A stretch of 32,000 bases of DNA, taken from the NCBI RefSeq assembly GCF_025021925.1, contig NZ_CP092368.1, positions 420,001 through 452,000 on the forward strand. The letters are read 5' to 3'. The number at the start of each line of letters is the position of its first letter. Position 1 is the first letter of the stretch. Both the position numbers and the translations under genes were made by a program. This DNA comes from Candidatus Saccharimonadota bacterium (lineage in GTDB: Bacteria; Pseudomonadota; Alphaproteobacteria; Rickettsiales; Anaplasmataceae). The notes under the pieces are model-generated. The model did not search any database and was not told where the DNA came from. It saw only the letters and a list, made by a program, of their open reading frames with translations. This document shows positions 28,356-32,000 of the stretch, piece after piece.

Positions 28356-28445
28356 AATCACTCTTCATTTTTAAAGAGTGATAATATCAAAATAAAGTGA
28401 TTAGATATATACTAACAGATAAAATCTATTATAATTAGAATCACT
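28356..28445. repeat. Cluster of four ATCACT/AGTGAT boxes, including a perfect 9-bp inverted repeat, in the divergent ubiE/MFS spacer
   Basis: ATCACTCTT (28357-28365) pairs with AAGAGTGAT (28374-28382) across an 8-nt loop. Two further boxes are AGTGAT at 28396-28401 and ATCACT at 28440-28445. Confidence 0.6.
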
Positions 28446-28464
28446 GAAACCTATTTTTCATTAC

Positions 28465-29682
28465 ATGATTACAACTAATTCGCGAAACATTATATCTCTT
28501 ATCATGATACTATCTGTAGCAGTTGTAGATATGGCTACTGATTTGTATTCAGTAGCATTACCTAATATTGCAAGTTATTTTAAAGTAGAAAGCGATACAG
28601 TACAATTGACTATCAGTTTAAATTTAATGGGATTTGCAATATCTGGATTAATCTATGGGCCATTATCTGATCGTTACGGTAGAAGACCAATCATGTTAGT
28701 CGGTATGACAATCTTTACTTGCGCAAGTATTATATGTTGTATATCTAATGATATATCATTTCTTATATTGATACGTTTTATACAAGGTATTGGTGCTGGT
28801 GTGACAGGAGTTGTTGGATATGCAGCAATTAGAGATATGTATTCTGGCACTGAGTACTCAAAAGTGATTTCAAAACTCAATATGGTAGTAGCATTATCTC
28901 CTGGTATAGCTCCAGTAGTAGGTAGTTATATTATTGCAAATGGTTACAATTGGCAATTTTTATTTTATATCATCTCATTAGCAGCAGTGATTATGCTGAT
29001 TTTTATTTATTATAAATTACAAGAAACACTTGATATATATGCACATAAAAATACTAATTTTCATGGTATTGAAAATAATATTTTTCAGCAATATATCATC
29101 ATATTCCAGAATTACCGATTTCTTGGATTTTCTACTATTCATGGACTGACTTTTATGTGGCTATGGGGATACATTGCTAATTATCCATTCATATTTGAAT
29201 CTATGGGTATTGCAGTTCAATATTTTGGATATTTGATATCATTTATAGTAATATTTTATATTATTGGTACATTAATTAATAGTAAATATGTTCCTAAAGT
29301 AGGAATTAGTAATATGTTAATGATAGGTTTAATTTTACCGGTGATTTCTGAGAGTATCCTAGTATATTGTTATTACTTTAATATATTTAATATATTTATT
29401 TTACAAACTGCTTGGATTCCAAGTAATATAGGCCTTGCATTAATTATTAGTAATAATGTCACCTCTGCTTTGGATACAATTCAAAACATAGGTCTTGGAA
29501 GTGCTATTATATCATTTTGCAATATGATGTTTGGAGCGCTTGGGATATATATAATAGGTAAATTTTGCTCATATGGTATTTTATCAAATTTACTGCTCAC
29601 AATAACATGTTCTACACTTGCAGTGATTATATATTTTATTCTCAGGTATTCTACGCAAGATAAAAAATTAACATTAGTTTAA
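28465..29682 (+). CDS. MFS transporter, Bcr/CflA drug-efflux subfamily
   Basis: The protein has 12 predicted helices. Motif A is GPLSDRYGRRPIML. Its 405-aa length and N-terminal pattern are typical of Bcr/CflA pumps. Confidence 0.85.
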   Translation: MITTNSRNIISLIMILSVAVVDMATDLYSVALPNIASYFKVESDTVQLTISLNLMGFAISGLIYGPLSDRYGRRPIMLVGMTIFTCASIICCISNDISFLILIRFIQGIGAGVTGVVGYAAIRDMYSGTEYSKVISKLNMVVALSPGIAPVVGSYIIANGYNWQFLFYIISLAAVIMLIFIYYKLQETLDIYAHKNTNFHGIENNIFQQYIIIFQNYRFLGFSTIHGLTFMWLWGYIANYPFIFESMGIAVQYFGYLISFIVIFYIIGTLINSKYVPKVGISNMLMIGLILPVISESILVYCYYFNIFNIFILQTAWIPSNIGLALIISNNVTSALDTIQNIGLGSAIISFCNMMFGALGIYIIGKFCSYGILSNLLLTITCSTLAVIIYFILRYSTQDKKLTLV

Positions 29683-29804
29683 AATTTGAAATGTTGATAC
29701 AAATCATCCTATAGTTGTTAATATGCTGACAGGGATATTTTAGCAAAATATTTCAGTGTATATAATAATATTTCATTATTTTATGCATTCAACGTTTTAC
29801 TCTA

Positions 29805-30116
29805 TTATTTATGAGTGGATTGTGTAATCACCTGATTATTTCTATTATGATGAGGTAGAGGATACTTTTTAGTATCAGGATATAGATGATTATTATTGCT
29901 TCTGATAATTCCATTACCTTGTTCAGAATCGCAATCTTTATAAAAATCCTCAAGACCTGCATCTTTAATAAATTCATTTGCTTTCAATTTTATTATCATT
30001 AAGTATCTAGATATTACTCTAATAAGATCAAGTACAATTGGCAGCTTCTTTTTATCTAAAAATATAATACTTACCAAAGCGATAACTAAAATTTCAGAGA
30101 AACCAATATTAAACAT
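29805..30116 (-). CDS. tatB: Twin-arginine translocase subunit, TatB-like
   Basis: MFNIGFSEILVIALVSIIFL aligns with the E. coli TatB N-terminus MFDIGFSELLLVFIIGLVVL. An amphipathic segment follows. The hinge reads DKKKLP instead of GPxxLP. Confidence 0.65.
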   Translation of the reverse strand: MFNIGFSEILVIALVSIIFLDKKKLPIVLDLIRVISRYLMIIKLKANEFIKDAGLEDFYKDCDSEQGNGIIRSNNNHLYPDTKKYPLPHHNRNNQVITQSTHK

Positions 30117-30121
30117 TCTGG

Positions 30122-32000
30122 CTATGATATAAGTGATTTAACTTTTCTAATTATAAATATTAATTTACTTAAATCAAGATTAGATACAATAATTTTATCT
30201 AAGATACTGTTGTAGCGTATTACAATTTCCTGATTATTATCAAGCCATTTTTGTACTACATCATCTAATTGATCATGATCTTGTTTGATCACAATAATAG
30301 TAAGTTTTTCATGATAATTACTTAAATCATCTAATAAATCATTAATTAAATTTTTATCCCAATCAGAAGCATTGCATTTTATTTTGATTGCCATAGTATT
30401 AATTAGTTCGAATCTTAACATAGATTTTAATTCAAAATATATTTTACTAGCACCAACAATTGGTATATCTGTTTCCTTAGAAATTGCAATGATATCTAAT
30501 GAATATGCAAGTAGAGACAAATCAAAAATTTTTTTTGTTAGTATGTGATTTATATTGAGATCCATTAGTGATGAGAGTCTATAATTGTAGATTTTTAATA
30601 GATGTTCATCTAAAATATGAATCAAATTTTTTTCTAAAGTATTAATTAATTCCTTAAATTCATTTATATTATTAAATTCGATTAAATTATATCTTGTAAG
30701 ATTTTTGACTATCCAAAATGTTACTCTTGCAATAAATTTCTGGACATATCGCACTACTTGTAAATATGCATTCACATCAATCTGTTCGTCTAAATCATCA
30801 ATTAAATTCCATATAACATGTAGATCATATAAACGATTAATCATAATATATATATTAACTGCTTCATGTATCTGGATGCTAGTATTTTCGATTAAATTAT
30901 TAATAAATACGCATCCCATTCTATTTACTATTTCATTTGCAATACAAGTACAGATAATTTCTCTACGAAGTTGATGTTTTAATAAAGAAGCTTTAAACTG
31001 TTGTACCATGTGATGAGGAAAATAATCTAGTAAATAATCATTAGCAATAATTTCCTGATCAGGTAAATCAGAATGTAAAATAGCATTCTTAATTGCTATT
31101 CTAGCATATGACATTAGTATAGCAATCTGAGGGGAAAAAAAGCCTGAGTGCGTATTGATTAAGAACTTGATTATTTCTTCATCACATGGTAAGCACTCTA
31201 TATGGCGATTTAAGAGTCCAGATTTCTCTAAACTGATGATAAGTTTATGATGTTGCTCTACTCTTTTTTTAGTTTGTAAACATTCAAGTAATAAAGCTTT
31301 AGTTTCAATAATATTATGCTCTTTAAGCACTTTAGATGCTACTTCATCTATCATGCTCACAAGTATTTTATTTCTTTGTTCTAGAGAGAGATTACCTAAT
31401 TTTATAGCTTCTACAAAGACAATTTTGATGTTAACTTCAAGATCTGAACATATTACTCCAGCTGAATTATCAACAAAATCTGCGTTAATGTATCCTCCTT
31501 TTTTAGCATATTCTATTCTTCCAAGTTGGGTGCATCCTAGATTACCACCTTCTATAAACATGTCCGATCTAATATCTTGTCCATTCACTCTAAACTCATC
31601 ATTTGCTTTATCACCTACAAGAAGATGACTCTCGCTCTTAGCCTTTACAAAAGTACCGATACCACCATTCCATATGACATCTACTTGTGCTTGTAAAAGA
31701 TATTTTATTAGTTCTTTTGGAGTTAAAAAATCTTGATGAATATCAAATCTATCTTTGATCTCACAAGAGATATTGATGACCTTACTATTACGTCTAAAGA
31801 TTCCTCCTCCAGCAGAAAGACAATCTTTGTTATAATCTTCCCAAGTTGAAAATGGCAACTCAAAAAGACGCTTACGTTCTATAAAACTATTATGTGCATC
31901 AGGCTCTGGATCAATAAAAATATGAGAATGATTAAATGCACCAATTAAGTGTATTTGTTCTGAAAGAAGCATTCCATTACCAAAAAGATCACCACTCATA
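30122..32000 (-). CDS. NAD-specific glutamate dehydrogenase, large (about 1600-aa) Bac_GDH type; only the C-terminal part is in the window
   Basis: SGDLFGNGMLLS and HIFIDPEPD match the catalytic-domain end of large NAD-GDHs. A long helical C-terminal region follows. The frame is open to the window edge. Confidence 0.88.
   Translation of the reverse strand, partial: MSGDLFGNGMLLSEQIHLIGAFNHSHIFIDPEPDAHNSFIERKRLFELPFSTWEDYNKDCLSAGGGIFRRNSKVINISCEIKDRFDIHQDFLTPKELIKYLLQAQVDVIWNGGIGTFVKAKSESHLLVGDKANDEFRVNGQDIRSDMFIEGGNLGCTQLGRIEYAKKGGYINADFVDNSAGVICSDLEVNIKIVFVEAIKLGNLSLEQRNKILVSMIDEVASKVLKEHNIIETKALLLECLQTKKRVEQHHKLIISLEKSGLLNRHIECLPCDEEIIKFLINTHSGFFSPQIAILMSYARIAIKNAILHSDLPDQEIIANDYLLDYFPHHMVQQFKASLLKHQLRREIICTCIANEIVNRMGCVFINNLIENTSIQIHEAVNIYIMINRLYDLHVIWNLIDDLDEQIDVNAYLQVVRYVQKFIARVTFWIVKNLTRYNLIEFNNINEFKELINTLEKNLIHILDEHLLKIYNYRLSSLMDLNINHILTKKIFDLSLLAYSLDIIAISKETDIPIVGASKIYFELKSMLRFELINTMAIKIKCNASDWDKNLINDLLDDLSNYHEKLTIIVIKQDHDQLDDVVQKWLDNNQEIVIRYNSILDKIIVSNLDLSKLIFIIRKVKSLIS

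Noticed and set aside
2817-31628. The remaining short ORFs in the six-frame track: 2817-3026, 4943-5203, 5423-5674, 7503-7745, 8281-8508, 11102-11293, 11274-11531, 12260-12454, 12477-12701, 13997-14182, 15237-15509, 17585-17776, 28674-28880, 30705-30974 and 31353-31628.
   Set aside because: Each is nested antisense or out of frame within a confidently identified conserved gene. None has a recognisable motif.
1-32000. A search for CRISPR arrays, IS elements or transposases, integrases, prophage genes, long direct or inverted repeats, defence or secretion clusters, and signs of an alternative genetic code.
   Set aside because: None were found. Every ORF longer than 100 aa outside the antisense artefacts is a recognisable housekeeping or transport gene, apart from the edge ORF at 1-648. 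TGA is used as a stop in nuoG, nth and the rluC-like gene. There is no evidence in this window for a novel multi-gene system.

Overview
The window is very AT-rich and gene-dense, and it reads as ordinary core genome of a reduced, Rickettsiales-like alphaproteobacterial intracellular bacterium. That placement is an inference from gene content: alpha2beta2 GlyRS, type-2 IleRS, HemJ, heterodimeric-type PDH E1-alpha, DUF721/DciA, a giant NAD-GDH and scattered nuo genes. I call 28 protein-coding genes and one tRNA. Two of the genes are cut by the window edges. Plus block 1-13507: a partial membrane ORF, glyQ, glyS, a small orphan ORF, nuoG, nuoH, hemB, nth, miaB and ileS. Minus block 13741-18155: rpsD, tRNA-Leu(UAA), iscX, DUF721/dciA, rpmB, lipA, a DAACS-family symporter and tsaB. 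After that come tkt (+), recO and hemJ (-), and pdhA (+). These are followed by rluC-like, argS, an ABC exporter and ubiE (all -), a Bcr/CflA MFS pump (+), and a tatB-like gene plus the C-terminal 625 codons of a large NAD-glutamate dehydrogenase (-). The standard genetic code applies, since TGA, TAA and TAG all act as stops. I see no rRNA, CRISPR array, transposase, integrase, phage, toxin-antitoxin, restriction or secretion genes. I cannot support any multi-gene novel system here. The least explained signal is non-coding. A short box, ATCACT/AGTGAT, is clustered four times each in two intergenic spacers (21166-21438 and 28278-28464). The two spacers also share 9- and 10-mers, and one contains a perfect 9-bp inverted repeat. 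A palindromic variant, ATCA-N-TGAT, occurs in two further spacers. The other observations are modest: an orphan small ORF, a DUF721 gene whose conserved-looking N-terminus has no canonical start, a tRNA embedded in a protein-gene string, convergently overlapping genes, long homopolymers in essential genes, and a divergent transporter.
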